Assembly: GCA_013265495.1 (NCBI GenBank)
Contig: MU058423.1
Location: forward strand, 7,053,449-7,117,448
Length of the DNA: 64,000 nucleotides
From: Vicugna vicugna
Taxonomy: Eukaryota
Direction of reading: 5' to 3'
Both the position numbers and the translations under genes were made by a program. The notes beneath the pieces are model-generated. The model ran no database searches, had not been told where the DNA came from, and was given only the letters and a program-made list of their open reading frames with translations. This document shows, piece by piece, positions 1 to 14,272 of this stretch. The number at the start of each line of letters is the position of its first letter. Positions within the stretch are counted from its first letter, which is position 1.

Positions 1-1329
1 AGTGGTGAAGGCTTTGTTACAAGTGTCTGGGAGGAGAAGGGGTAGGGAGAGTTGCAGGTTAGGATATGTCCTTTGAAAGATAGGTGTTTATTAAGTAACT
101 GACTATTCTCTGTTGCAGCAGAATAAACATTACATGAAAAACATTGTGCTTAAGTAATCGATACAGAGATACAAATAAACAGTTGTAGTAAGATATGATT
201 GTGTCCATAATTAAAGATATAGAAATGTTCAAAGGAGAAAATAACAGCTGTATCCAAAATGATGAAGACATAAAAGGATATTTAAAGATGCGGGCACATG
301 TGAAAAAGATGAAAGTTTGGAATGAGCTCAGCAGATCTGAGAATGCAATATGCTTGGGGGTGTTTGGGAGATGACCTGTTGGATGTGTTAGGACCTGTTT
401 GTGGACTGCATTTTACACCATGCTGAGCAGTTTGAACTTTAAACCACAGATCATGAGAAGTTTCTTTAAGGAGAGGAATTTAACATGGAGATTTGTTTTT
501 TTAAAAATTCTTTCTGTGGCAGTAAAGGAGTTAGTCTAGAATCGGAAGAACTTGATGGGAAAAAAAAAATCCCAAAACTGTTACGTTGAGACTATAAGTT
601 CAAATAAAAAGCTACTTAGAGTAGAGACAAGGCCATGACAGAAGAAACGGGGAGGAGAGTCGCGCTTCAGGATGCTAATGTGGGGTGGAATTCATAGGCC
701 TTGAGGGGACTGATTGGGCATGTGGGGTTAAGGGAGAGAGGGGCTTAATACTTTCAGCTTTACACAGCGTAGTCAATCGTCAGTGTTTCCTTCTTACAGA
801 CATGAACTGTTTAGAATTTTAGCTAAATTCAAAAGTCTTTAATTCTCTTTTTGGTGATTTATGAACTGTGTGCTTTTTGTGATGTTTTAAAAGGCCATAG
901 GGATTATCCTGGACAAAACAATCGTATTTCACCATCTTTCTATATAATTCCTGAGCTTTATAGTAAGCACAGAGTTAATGTGAAATTACCATTAGCTCAG
1001 AGAAGTCAAATAAGAATGTAGTAAATTATTTAAATTGTTCTCTATAAATTTTTTAAGAATTAGCTTTTTTTACGGCATGATCTAGCTCACTTCTGTTTAC
1101 AATATGAAGCTTTATATATAGTTCTTAGAAGAGTGGCAGGTATACAGTAAGTGCCAGTTAAGTATTAATCTATTTTTGTAACTAGCATTATCTATTTCTT
1201 GGATAATTACAAAAGCCTTTTAATTGACCTGTCTGCTTTTGTCTGCTCATCCATTAGTCTGTTCTCTCAAGTCTAGACTAGCAAGGCTATTCCTGTCAAA
1301 TAGCAACTGGCTGAAAGAATGAATGAGTC

Positions 1330-2120
1330 AGTAAAGAATGTCACTTTGTTTATGATCGTCCAGTGACTTTTCATATCATTCAGTGTACAAATTAAAGTTC
1401 TTTCAGTATCCTGTAGGCTCCTAAGTGATCTAACCTCTGCCCCTTTTCTCTGACCTCATTAGTGGCTCCTCTCCCTCTTGCTCTCTCTGGTCCACAAGGC
1501 ATCCCTCTTTTTTTTAAACTGATGTATAGTTGATTTACAATGTTGTAATAGTTTCAAGTGTACAGCAAAGTGATTCAGTTATACATATGTGTGTATATGT
1601 GTGTGTGTGTGTGTGTATTTTTCAGATTCTTTTCCATGATAGTTATGGATACTGAATATAGTTCTCTGTCCTTGTTGTTTATCTATGTTGTATATAGTAG
1701 TGTATATCTGTTAATCCCAAACTCCTAATTTGTCCCTCCCCCAAGGCATCCCTTTTTGAACACAGCAGTCATGCTTCGGCCTTGGGGCCTGAGCATCCAC
1801 TAGTGCTTCTGCTGGGGAGGCTCTCTCCTAAATATCTTTATGAATTTCTTGCTTCCTTAGTTCCTCGGTTATCTCTGTCTCAACATCCCTTTATCAGAAA
1901 AACTTTTTACGATCACACTTTGTAATATAGCAGCCTCCCTTCTAAAACATCTCTTGTCTGCTTTATATTCTTTACAGCTCCTATTACTTTCTGATGCTTC
2001 TTTTTGCTTATTTTCTCTTTCCTTCTCTAGAATGTAAGCTTCAAGAGAGCAGAGTCTTTGTGCTGTATCCACAGTGTCTGGAACAGTGCCTGAAACATAA
2101 TTTTTTAAAAATGAATGAAA
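1330..2120 (+). mobile_element. Old L2 LINE 3' portion, interrupted by an L1 insertion
   Basis: L2 3'-end-like motifs (ctagaatgtaagcttcaagagagcag...cagtgtctggaacagtgcctg...aatgaatgaa); boundaries approximate. Confidence 0.7.
1507..1741 (-). mobile_element. 5'-truncated artiodactyl-type L1 3' end with TSD and internal (TG)n
   Basis: polyT then gatgtatagttgatttacaatgttg...gtacagcaaagtgattcagttatac...aatcccaaactcctaattt; flanked by caaggcatccct at 1495-1506 and 1742-1753. Confidence 0.8.
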
Positions 2121-5100
2121 TAAGTATAGTTTTCTAACAGTTATTAATTCAATTGGCAAACAAGAAAGCAGGAGGCAAGATGTTACCTTTTTTCTAATCA
2201 CTTTTTCTTTCCTTTTATTTCATAAATTTTTGTGGCGTAGAGCACACTGATAGTTATCTTTTAGTAAGAATGTTTGTTAGAAAGTATAAGATAAATATGT
2301 CCATTTTGTGGTAGTGTTTTGTACAACTAAGCATTTCTTGTAATACTTGGTAAATAGTTGTTGAATTAGTAGTACATTCGAGTAACATAGGGACACTATT
2401 CATTTTCTTAAAACTGATTTCTTAAGCTGATTTGGGGATACAGTGAAATAGAAGGACTGTGTGGGTAACAGTTCTGTCTGTGATTATGTGGTTTTCCTCA
2501 TTCTTTTCTTTGAATTATAGTCCAGATGCAATCTGATGCATTTTTCAATTAAACTAAAATTCTAAGCATTTTGGCAGCTTTCCTTTTCCACACAAAATAG
2601 TTGAGAAAGAATCAGTAACTGTACAGAATGTTTGAAAAAAAAAACTGTGATGAGAGTTAATGCCTTGGGAAATCCAGAAGTCTGAGTAGACAGGAAGCTT
2701 AATCTTCTGATAATGGTAGTTATTTTTGGAGAATTTTGTACCATATTTAAGATTTAATGTCAGTCTTGTTCCTGGATACACAATCAAAAACCCTGCCAAG
2801 ATCCATGATACTTTTCAACAAAGCTCTAATATCAAGTGTGAACATAAGTTTTAGTGTCCAGGGAATATGTTATGGAAACACTGTATAATTTTGTTAAGCT
2901 ATTGCTTTTACAGTGGCACACGCTGGAAACTGCTTAGCTAAGTGTATTTTTCTTACTCTTCTACTATATTTTTTTCCTGACGGGCTTTACTTATAGAATA
3001 ATGACTTTAAGTCTCCTGAAACTCAACTTTTTTTTTTGGAATTTATTTATGGAACAATTACAAGTGGATTCTCCAGCAGCATTTCTTAAATTTTACTGTG
3101 TCTATAGACAGGTCTAGAAGTTTGCAGCTCAAAAGTGTGTTCTCTTTTAATTGACCTCAGGTATTATAATAATTATACCATACATTTGTGTACATGTTAC
3201 ACTTTAAAAATTGCTTAAGCAGGTACTAATTTTTAAAGAATCTCTAGGAAATACAAGACAAAAATAGTGTTCTTAACTTATAGTTGTTGAAATCAAGTCT
3301 TGTAATGGTGAATAAGTTAATTGCCTGGGTACCTATTTATCCAACAAACATTTATTACATACCCACTACGTGCAGACTTGTGCCAGGAATTGTGGAGACT
3401 TTGAAGAACAAAACAGACAGGTCCTTGCACGTGAAGTTTACATTCCAGTGAGTTTAACTGAACAATATAGATTGGTTTCTTAAGCAGAGAAGCCCAGACT
3501 ATAAATTGCATGTCATCTGGTAGATACAGTGTACTCTCCTGGAAAGTGATACATACTGATTATTTGAATCCTTAAACTTAGTATACACATAAAAGGAATC
3601 TTCTTTAGGATCTTCAAGTATGTGGTCTTCAACGTCTCATATTCCTTGAAAATTCTAAGTGGGTTCTAGCAGGAAAATGAATTTCTACTCAGGTGATTTC
3701 AGGGGTGTGGACAAGGAGGCAAAGTTACCCCGTGAGGAGCATTACCCTTCCAAGGGTTAAAGGGGCAAGGAGCAGAAACCCGGGACAGTGAAAGCTGGAG
3801 CCCTGCAGAAGTGCTTTCTGACAGTGGCGGCGGCGGTCAGGGTACCAGACTGCTGTGACAGATAGGAAAGTGTGGGACGAAACTACCCAGCCTCCTCTCT
3901 TCCCACTGTCCAAACTCCTGGTGGCCATTTCTGTTGTCTGTACTGCAAACCGACCTGCAGGACAGTCTGATGATGCGGGCTCTGGGGTCAGGTTCGTTAG
4001 GCACAGGGTAAGAGAGGGCTGTGTGAATGATCAGGATTCAGGGAGCCATCAAAGAATACCAAGTAGCTTTATACTTAAAGGAAAAACTAGACACTTGCTC
4101 ATTCATTATCTCCTTTATGCTAGGCCCTTCTAGATTATTCCTTTGGTTTCCCAGATGAAAGTTGTCTCATCTTTCCACCTCTGCCGCACCAATTTACTTT
4201 TTTTCTCATAATTGGAATACAGTAAGTACTAAAGAAACATTTCTTGTGTATTACATCTGTGTATAGTTAATCTTCCTTACTAGGTTATAAGCTACCTGAG
4301 AACAGGATCTGGGTCTGATTTCCCCCTTTATCCCTCTTCTGCTGATGTAGTGTCAGTGTGTTACTTTGCCTGAATAAATATTTGTTGATTGAAAAAAATA
4401 GATGACTGGTAAACAGCCAGGGTTCTGAAAGTAATCTGGCTGTCAAGTTTTTGTGTAAGTTACAATGAAAGGTTATAAGAGAAATACAGTTATTATCTGA
4501 CTGAGTACCTGTGCCTATTTATAAAATTATGCATTACTTATGCTAATATATCAAAAAGAAAATATTTTGTTTGGGGAAAAATTGTAGCTTGTCACAAAAT
4601 TGTAAGGCATGCAGTGCCTCCTGAAATTAGGAATGCTGTGTAACAGGTTTTTTTTTCCTTCAACAAGAATTATAGTTCTTTCCAGATACTCCCATTTCAA
4701 TAGGGAATTCTGCTTTCAACTTTGAGGGCATGACCCCATCTTTCAGTGTTCAGTAGACATATGTACACATTGACTATATTCTGTAGTGAGCAAAGAAGTT
4801 TTCACATTGACACACAAAATTTTTTTTTAATTAGAAAAGAGTAAAAGGTGTCTCAATTACTTTATAATATATATGCATATTTTTAAATCCTCTTAGGCTT
4901 CTATATTTCATAAAATGGCTAATTTTGATTTAATAAAACTTTAATTCACTAAAGAAATGTATCATTTATTATAGTAGAGGAATGCAACAGAGTAGAAATA
5001 ACAGGTTTTTTTAAATGTTATTTCTGGGACCCATTCTTTCTGGGTTAGTCTATAGAACTAGCATAATAAGAGTATAAAAATGCCGCTATCAATGATTTCT

Positions 5101-6527
5101 TTTCATCCACTGAAAGATATTTTCTCTGGACTTAAAGACAGACAATAAAAAAGAAGTGGTAAATTGATACGTAAGAGAAGTGATATTCAAATATCTGGTT
5201 GATTTGCTTGAGTTAAAGGAGTAAATGTGCCAGTTGAAGTGTTGAACTCTTTATGAAATGATGAAAAGTCTTATCATTTCTTCCATTTTCGAAACATGAT
5301 AATTACTTTAAAAATGAATTAAAAATGTACCGCCAAATCAAGGGCCATGCAATATAAAGTAAACGTCAAATTCTGTTGTTAACTTGGTGTGACAGGCAGT
5401 GAAAACCATACCTGCTTGCAAAGGCCATGTTTGACCTTTATGTTGATATCACTTATATTAATTTGTTCTTTGAGCTTGTGTTAAAATAGAAGTTAAGAAT
5501 ATTAAATGATTCGTAATGTTTCCTTTCATACAAATAATATTTTTTCTTACATTAATTTTTAAATGGTTTCCATTTCATTTTAAAATCCTTTTTGGATTTT
5601 AAATGTTATCTTCAATTATATTGTTTTGAACAATAGATTTTGTAAAAAGTTATCAGATGAAAGAAAAAATATCAGATGACTTTATTTTGGGAGGGGGATC
5701 AAATTTTGGTGATACCCATTTTGCATGTTCATTATTTAGTGAAAATTTCAAATGAAAAATCCTTTTGTAAACTGAGAATCATCTCAGTATTTTTTAAGAT
5801 TTATAATTTAAATTTTTGCCTGTGTTTTCTTAAACCAAGAAAGAGACAAGTGTGTTGTTTTGCTTTTAATTTGTATTTCTGTGAACACATAAAATGAAAT
5901 ACAGAATACAAAAAATAATATCATTCTGATTTTACATATATAATTATATATTTCTCGTATGATAGAACATTTTTCTGTTCTTTTCATGTATGAAGTAGGA
6001 TTAGAATATAATTTCATTAACATGGAGTTAATGATACAACCAGGAATTGTTTTAACTTTTTACTAGCATAATGAAAATGAATTTTAAAAATCATATAAAT
6101 GAATATTTAAACTCAGTATGAACTCTAGCACAATTTAATTTGATAAAGTTCTTTAAATCCCTGGTAAATTTACTTAAAATCTTGCTCCCTTCAAATTCTC
6201 TGTTTTTACTTGGAGTCAAATACTTTTATTTTTATTATTCTTACTATTACCTCCAGGGCTTGAGGGATATTTACACATGATAATTCTGTCAGATGTCTTA
6301 TAACCTATGATAACCCTGATTTCTACTTACTTGCCAAATTAAATCAGCTAGTATTTCCACAACATCTACTTCATGAATGTCCCTGGACATAGAAATTAGC
6401 CCTGTTACAAACAAACAAAAATACTTATTTTGAAGTGCTCTTCTTTATTCTGTAATAAAAATAAAGGGCTCTTCTTTATTCTGTAATTGCAAGATATAAA
6501 TAAAAATAAAACTAGTGTTAATCAGTC

Positions 6528-6904
6528 TGTATTCGTTTTCTAGGACTGCCATAACAAAATACCGCAGACTGTGTCTTAAACAACAGAAATGAATTTTTTC
6601 ACACTTCTGGATGCTAGAAATCTGAGGTCACGATAGCCTGGAGGGTTGATTTCTTCTGAGGCTTTTCACCTTGGCTCTCGGGTGGCCGTCTTCTCCCTGT
6701 GTCTTCACATGCTCTTCCCTTGGTGGTGTCTGTGTCCCAGTCTCCTCTTCTTTTAAAAAGACCAGTCAGATTGGCTTAGGGCCCACCATAATGACTTCAT
6801 TTAACCTTAATTCTCCCTTTCTAGGTCCTATCGCCAAATACAGTCAGATTCTGGGTCTAGAACTTAAACCTATGAATTTTGGGGACACAATTCAGCCTAT
6901 GACA
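6528..6904. mobile_element. MLT1-family (ERVL-MaLR) solo LTR
   Basis: tgtatt...ctaggactgccataacaaaatacc...ttaaacaacagaaa...ggggacacaattcagcctatgaca, the typical MLT1 termini. Confidence 0.8.
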
Positions 6905-7189
6905 CTAAGCCCAGATAAATCTGTTTTGTCTTTTATTAGCAGTGAAAAAATGGGTATAAGCTACTATAGAGAGAGGTGTGGGCTCTCAGGCCACAGGGAT
7001 AATTTCTGCTGCTGCTTATTGATGCTTACACCTTGGTCTGGCTTCAGTGATACCACCTGACAGTCCGCACATAGAGGGGTGCAATTCAAAAGTGAATGAA
7101 GGCAAGTTTCTTAAAAGAAAAATTGGAAACAATCATCAAGTATCATTTCACTTCATAGACTTAAGGTGTTGATTCCCAGTTTTTTTTTC

Positions 7190-7870
7190 TTTTATTATGT
7201 TTCTCAGCTGAGTAAATGGCTTTGCCATCCTACCCTTATTCATACCAGAAACTGCAGAACTACCTTCAACCCCTGTCTAATGCACTTCCTCCCTCTCTCC
7301 TTGCCATTCCCATCCCATTCCATCATCTGCATCCAGTCAGTTCCCAAATCTTGCAGATTTTTGTTTTCTAATAAACCCTGTGTATCCTTTACTCCATTCC
7401 TGCTTTTGCTGAATTAGTTTCTCAATGTTTAATTGCAATAGATTCCCAACTAATCCCCATGCTTCCAAACTGGCTGCTTTCAAACCATCAGCTTCTATGT
7501 TATCTTAGTGATTCTGTTAAAATATAACATTGATCAGTGTACTCCGTGGTTCAAATTCCTTGAATGACACTCTGTAACTTTCAGAATTCAGTTCACACAC
7601 AGGGCTTTTCTTAAATCAGTTCCTTGCTTGGTTTTTTTTTTTTCTTCTATCTTTATCTCTTTCCACTCTCAACCCTCACTGCTGGTTATCACCATATAGA
7701 CCCTTCCCTTCAACCATACGGCATTATATGTACTTTTCCAGATTTGTCAATTTCATGCATCCAAAGTTTTGTTAAAGATGACTTTTCTGTTTAATGCTAT
7801 TTCCCTCTCCAGCTTCTTTATCAAGCTAACTCCTATTTGCTTATAACATATAATCAAGATTTTTTCCAAA
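7190..7870 (+). mobile_element. Degraded L2 fragment
   Basis: Pyrimidine-rich L2-like text (catccagtcagttcccaaatcttgcag; gatcagtgtactccgtggttcaaattccttgaatg); approximate. Confidence 0.5.
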
Positions 7871-10499
7871 AAGCATTTTATAAAAGCATTCATTCCCATT
7901 GAGATACCTGCATGTTGAAGTTAATGGAGATAAAAATGTGCTATGGGGAATTTGGAGGCTAGATGATTTATAGAATACTGTTTCAGCTGTGTGACTTACT
8001 CCAGGTTTAGGGAAGATGAAACTTCTAGTTCTAGAAACTTTTGAAATTCCGTGAGAGACACAGTCAATAAATACGTGGAGTCTTCTTTTTCAGATATTAC
8101 CAAAAGTAAATTATGCTCTTGGAATGTAACTAAAATTCAAGTTTTAATGCTAAAAGTTTAAATCTTCCAAGATTCAGAGTGGAATTAAAAGCCTTATGAT
8201 TTCGTAGAGTTACTAATTGCTAGGTGGACATTAGAGAGACTATTTAGAAATAAACGGTTGAAAAACCAACTGTTCATTTAAACAATTATAGTGTTCTGTT
8301 GACGCAGCCTCTGCTTCAGCTGTTTTGGTTGTATCTGAGTTTCCTCTGCCATTCTTGGGATCGAATTATGTTTCAAGCACATAATCCATTCACAAGTTAC
8401 AATGATCGATCACATAGACTTGAACATGAAAGCCGATCAAAGCCTTGTCTTTTATGGCTCATTCTCAGGAATCAGCTGCTGTACTGTACAACTCAGTGGA
8501 TGTTCAGGCTGGTGACTGACTTCAACCAAGCATTGGTTGACTTCACATAGGATGAGGAGTTGAATCTGGAAACTCAGTCACTTCACATTGACGCATTGAC
8601 ATGTGACCTTAGACACTAGATCCATTTCTTGTGCCATATTTTTTCGATAAATGTTATTTCTTATACATGCAGAAGAGCTAAATGTGTATTAATCTTTGTA
8701 TTTCATAGGTCATAATGTAATTACATTCATAGCACAGAAAATGAACTCGCTAGGCCTTTCAGAGAGTTACTATGTATATGTATATACAAACAAAAATAAA
8801 GAAACAAAATTTGTTAGAATATGTGTATTATATTTAGTTTTGAAAGAAGGATATATTATTACTTATAGAATTGGTCTTGATGAAAATGTGGCAGGATCCT
8901 TTTGCAATGGGCATGTGATGTTCAGAAGAACCTTACCTTTATAGATAGTTTCAATTTTTTCAATTTTTCAATTCAGTTTTCTTACATTTGTTTTGCCTTC
9001 CTCCTCCAGACTCCTCTTGTCCATAGGCAAATACTAGAGAACAGACCTAGTTGGCACAGCTGTAGATAGTAAGGTAATTGCATCAGCTCTACTTTAATTT
9101 TGGCTTTTTATAAATCATTAGTGGAGGAGGATGTCTTTTTCATATGTTGGGTACTGCAGGTGCCAATTTTATTTGGTAACTTCACCTTTTTCCAGCTGTG
9201 GAAATTTTTATAACTATGGAATCTAAATATTTATAGTTCATTCGACCTGTCAAAATGCTTTTGTTTATCTACAGAGGGCCTCATAACATGTCATATGATT
9301 ATCATAAAACATAGTAAAATGCCTTCTGGGGAAAATAGTGCTGTAGGTTTTTAACTGAATTTCCAAGTTTCTTTCCAGTAGTATATTTTATGGCTGAATA
9401 TCAAACACCTGAGAGAAGAATTTATAGTGGAAAGGTTGGCAGGATTCCATTTAATGAAGTGAAGTGCCTTAACTAGAATAGTAAATACTCAGGAAACCAG
9501 TATTCTTCTAAAAATATATAATATTAAATATGACAGGCAACTTTTTTGTGTGTTTCAGCCAAAGTTTCATTGGGTTAATGATATTCCCTATAAATTAAGT
9601 ATGGAATTCTAGGATTTTTAATTCTGGAGAAGACCTTAGATATGATCTCTAAATGCATTCATTTTACAAATGATGATGAATTAGGGTAAGTGACTTGCAT
9701 AATTCCAAATAATTAATGGCAAAGCTGGGATTCAAGAATCAGGATTTTTAACTGAAACTCTCAGTGATACCAGTGTGCAAGATGTATTCAGTGATGTCTT
9801 TTTTAAAACAGCAGGATGAAGAATGTGTATTCAGATTTTTCTTTGTTAATAGTTATTGTTCATTTATAATAATTCAGTTGTGGCTACTCAGTATTCTAAA
9901 CTCATCAGGTAGTGTTTGAGAAATGTTGTCAATAAATTTTAAGAATTTATATTCATTTCCTGTGAGCATGTTTAAAAATCAGTAGGCTTAAGGGAACTAT
10001 TAGAGTCTAGTCTAGCTATTTACCAAAAAAGAATCTTGAAAAAAATCTCAGAAAAAGCTAATTTGATTGTACTGCTTCATAACATAAAAATAAGTAATTT
10101 TGAGGTTGGGAACACCAATAATACTATGACTATTATAAACCATATAGTTTATGAATGAATATTTGCTGATTCTGCTTTATATCATGTTTTACTATGAAAT
10201 AAAGTAGGCGTTTCCGTATTTGGGTGTTATCTGAATTTATTAGCATGGGACATGCACTTTTAAAGCACCTTTTGGATGAATGATTGGATGAAATGACTAA
10301 ATAACTGGAAGAAATATAGCCAAATCTGATAGTGGAGAAATTTCTGAATTCAAAATTTATCTCAAGGATTACTAAACATTATAATATTTCACATCACTGA
10401 AATTTTTATTGGTGGATGTGTGTTTTTGACATTTTATTTGTGGTCCTTTTTCTGTTATTAATGAGAAGTTCTAGATACAAATCTTTAGCAAGTAGTTGG

Positions 10500-12745
10500 C
10501 AGCGTTCATTTAAATGTTAGGATATTGAGCAAACAAGGGTCAGACAAAAACACTAAAAAAATGTTTGGAAATAAGATATCTGTAAAGGGCCCTGAAAAGC
10601 TTCAGTTTATTCTTGGGGATCGAGGAGACCTGTGTGCATATCCAGAAAAGACATCTTAAATGTCACTGACATTGAGGATCTACACAGCAAGAAATGAGAG
10701 CTGAGGCAGAGTTGTAAACTGTTGGAATATTGAAGGCATGCTCACACACAAATACACACACAAAGGCTGTTGGCAAACAGAGAGATATTCACTGGTTCAA
10801 GGTATGTAAAGAAGTCTCTGTCCAATCATTTGCTCATCACTAAGCTAACCGAGCAGAGACCGTAGTGAATGCAGGCAACAAAGAACACTGATGTATAATT
10901 ACTTCAAAAGGTCACTAAACAAACAAGCAGCAGAAACAACTATAAACAAAAATAACAGTAGGGTGGGGAATGGTATCTAATTTCCAGAAGTGACATTTAA
11001 AATGTGCAACTTTCAACAAAAACTTACGAGACAGGCAAAATATGAAGAAATTGTGTCCTATGCAGAGGAAAAATAAATCTATGGAAACTGTCCTTGAAGA
11101 AATGCAGACATTGGACTTCGAATCAGCAGTTATGAATGTTTTAAAAAAACTAAAGGCAACCATGATTTAAGAGCTAAATAAAGTATGAGAATGATGCCTT
11201 ATCAAATAGAGACTATAAATAGAGATAGAATTTCTGAAACAAGAACCAAATAGAAGTTCTGAAATTGAAAATCAATTGAGATTACTCAGTATGAAGGAAA
11301 GAAAGAATAAACTTGAAAAACAGTCTACAGAGCATCAAAGAGCTGTGGGATGCTGTCAAGCATAGCAACACAGGCATAGTAACAGGAATCCCAGAAAGAG
11401 TAGAGAGAAAGAAAATAGAAAGCATATTCACAGAAATAGATAGCAAAATCATTCCAAATATAATGAAACACTTTAATCTATATATCTGAGAATTTCCACA
11501 AACTGCAAATAAGATAAACTTGTAGAAATCCACACCCAAAGTATTATAATCAGTCAAAAGACAAATGGAGAATCTTCAAAGCAAAAAGAGCAAAGTGATT
11601 CATACTATAAAAGAGATTCACACTAAGATTAACAGCCAATTTCTTGTCAGATACCATGGAGGACAGAAAGCACTAGGGTGACATATTCAAAGTCCTGGAA
11701 GAAAAAGATGGTCAGCCCCAAATTCTATATCCTGCAATATTGTCCTTAAAAAACAAAGGAGAAATTAAGACATTCCCAGATATATCAGAAATAAATAATG
11801 GTTCATAAGTAGACCTGCCCTACCAGAAAAAAAAAAAGAAGCTTCTTTAGATTGAAATGAAGGGACATTTGACAGTAATTCAAATCCATATAGAGAAACA
11901 GAAAACACTGGTAAAAGTATCAACAATAAGTAAATATAAAAACTGCAATTTTTTTTGTTGTTTTACCAATTTCCTTCTCTTATCTGCTTTAAAATACAAT
12001 TGCATAAAGCAAAATTTATAAAAGTGTGTTGATGGCTTGTATTGTATAAAGATACAATTTGTATACCAATAATATTACAAAGCAGGGGGAGAGGAATAGT
12101 TATTTAGAAATAAAATTTTGTATAGTGCTTATATTAAGTTGATATTAATCTGAATAGTGTTGTTATAAGTTAAGATGATAATTGTAATCTTCAGGGTAAT
12201 TCACTAAAAAGAACCCTATAAAATATAGTAAAAGAAATTAAAGAATTATACTTATTCAGTAGTAAATATCTATTCAACACAAAAGAAGACAGTAAAGGAG
12301 ACACACTGTAACAAAAAAAGGCATAAGACATAAAAAATACATAGCAAAATAGCTAAGTGGAGACAACTCAAATCTCCAGTAACTGATGAGTAGATAAACA
12401 AGATGTAGTATGTCCAATGGATTACTATTTGAAAAAAGGAATGAAATACTGATATATGTTGAAACACCAGTGAGCTTTGAAAACATAATAAATGAAAGAA
12501 GCTTGTTGCAGAAAGCCTCATGACATATGATTCCATTTGTATAAAATGTCCAGTGACCAGGGGCTGAGGAAAAGGAGAGACAAGGAATGACTGTCAATGG
12601 TTATGGTGTTTCTTTTAGGGGTGGTGACAATTTTCTGAAATTAGATATTGGTGATAGATGGACAACTCTGGTGAAAAAACTAAAAGAACATTGAATTGCA
12701 CACTTTAAAGGAATAAATTCTATATGTAGGTTTTACTTCAGTAAA
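10500..12745 (+). mobile_element. Ancient L1M element: 5' region, ORF1 remnant and 3' UTR; most of ORF2 missing
   Basis: ORF1-like sequence at about 11130-11870 (aagattaacagccaatttcttgtcagataccatggagg; aattctatatcctgc; ggagaaattaagacattcccaga); L1MB/MC-type 3' UTR at about 12360-12745. Confidence 0.8.
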
Positions 12746-14272
12746 GCAGTAGGAATGGAAATATAGATTAATGATCCATTAGAATAAATGCTGATTTTAA
12801 GAGTAAGAATATACAGTTTTTTTTAGGCAGAAGAAAGCAATGCAAATAAAAATAACTATGACACCACAGAGAGTAACCAGTGTGTTTAATAAAGGATTAC
12901 CAGCTAGAATTAAATAATTTACACTCTTTCCTTGGCACTTTTCACAAGAGTTTGCTTTTACCTTTTCAAGTTATAAAGTTTATTGTCCATTGTATTTTAA
13001 TTTTAAATCTTAAGTACTAGATTGCACTCTCCGAAGGACAGGGTTTACATTAAATGTGTTTCCACTTCCACTGGAACTATGTTCCATGTCTTTTGTATAA
13101 TACTTTCTCAATCCACATTTGTTGGTGAATAAATGAGTGTTGTGGTGTAAAAGTTCTGTGAATTCTTTCCTAGTAGTCAGTATTAGAGACTTTTAAATTT
13201 TTTGTCAGGCACTAAATAGCTTCTGTTAATCAAGTCGGAAAAGCTGAAATAATTTTGAAATTAATTCCAAATGGAATCAGGAATTCTATAAATCAAACTC
13301 ATGTACTCAAACTTACAGGGACTTGAGTCACCAAGTCAAGTGAATATTACCTCAAACATTCTTCTGGGCCTGAGTATAATTCTGAATTTGTATGGTCATG
13401 ACCTATAGGTTCATATCAAACTAATTTCATGTCAAGTTAGACCCATGTGGAAATATTCAGGTGACTTCAAGAGCAAAATAGTTGACTTTTCTCATTGACA
13501 CAGTTTCCAGAACCTCCTGAAACTAAAACTCTTTAGATAGTCCCATTAGTAATTATTTCTAATATTTATTTTTATTAAAATTATTCTGAATCCTAAATAA
13601 ATGATTTTTAAAATGTGCTTAAGTAGTCCGCTTTTTGAATACAGAATGCCAAACTCGTGCTTTTTAATTTATAATTTGGATTTCTCTGTTTTCTGCATTT
13701 CTCATTTATATTTGTAAGTAGGAATTTTTTTGATATTGATATCTCTAACAAAACTTAATAGTTGGATCTATATTTTCATTTAAAAATTCTCATATAAATG
13801 TTCCTATAAAAGAGTTCAACTGAATTTAATTGAACTCTTTAGTTATTTAATATTGGAAGTACATTACTCTTTTATATATTTACAGTTTTAAAATTTTACT
13901 TAATTTTTTATCAATTATTACTTATGTTTCATTTGTCTTATTTCATACAGAGTACTGTGAATGCAGTAAAATCAAGTTTTAACAAACATGCATAAGTATA
14001 TGTTCTCTGAACATACTGTAGGTTCTCTGAATCACAACATAACAGAATAACAGCAATATTAAGATCTGATTTGTAAAACAGGTGTGGGTTTCTCTCTCAA
14101 TCCTATAGGACTGTTTTCAACATGGACACATAAGTGTTTTTTCCTCTCAGGTATTTAAAAATAAACTAAATTGTCAAAAAACAAAAACAAAAACAAAACC
14201 TAAACTGTCTTGGATAGAGCTTGCCTGCATTTGAATATGCTGACGACGACATCCACGCTTGTGCCTTGGCAG

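Noticed and set aside
3720..4050. GC/CpG-richer patch as a CpG-island promoter
   Set aside because: Too short, and it resembles an old ERVL-type LTR fragment; family not confidently assignable
6671..7060. 129-aa ORF
   Set aside because: Mostly inside the MLT1 LTR and starts at a non-ATG codon
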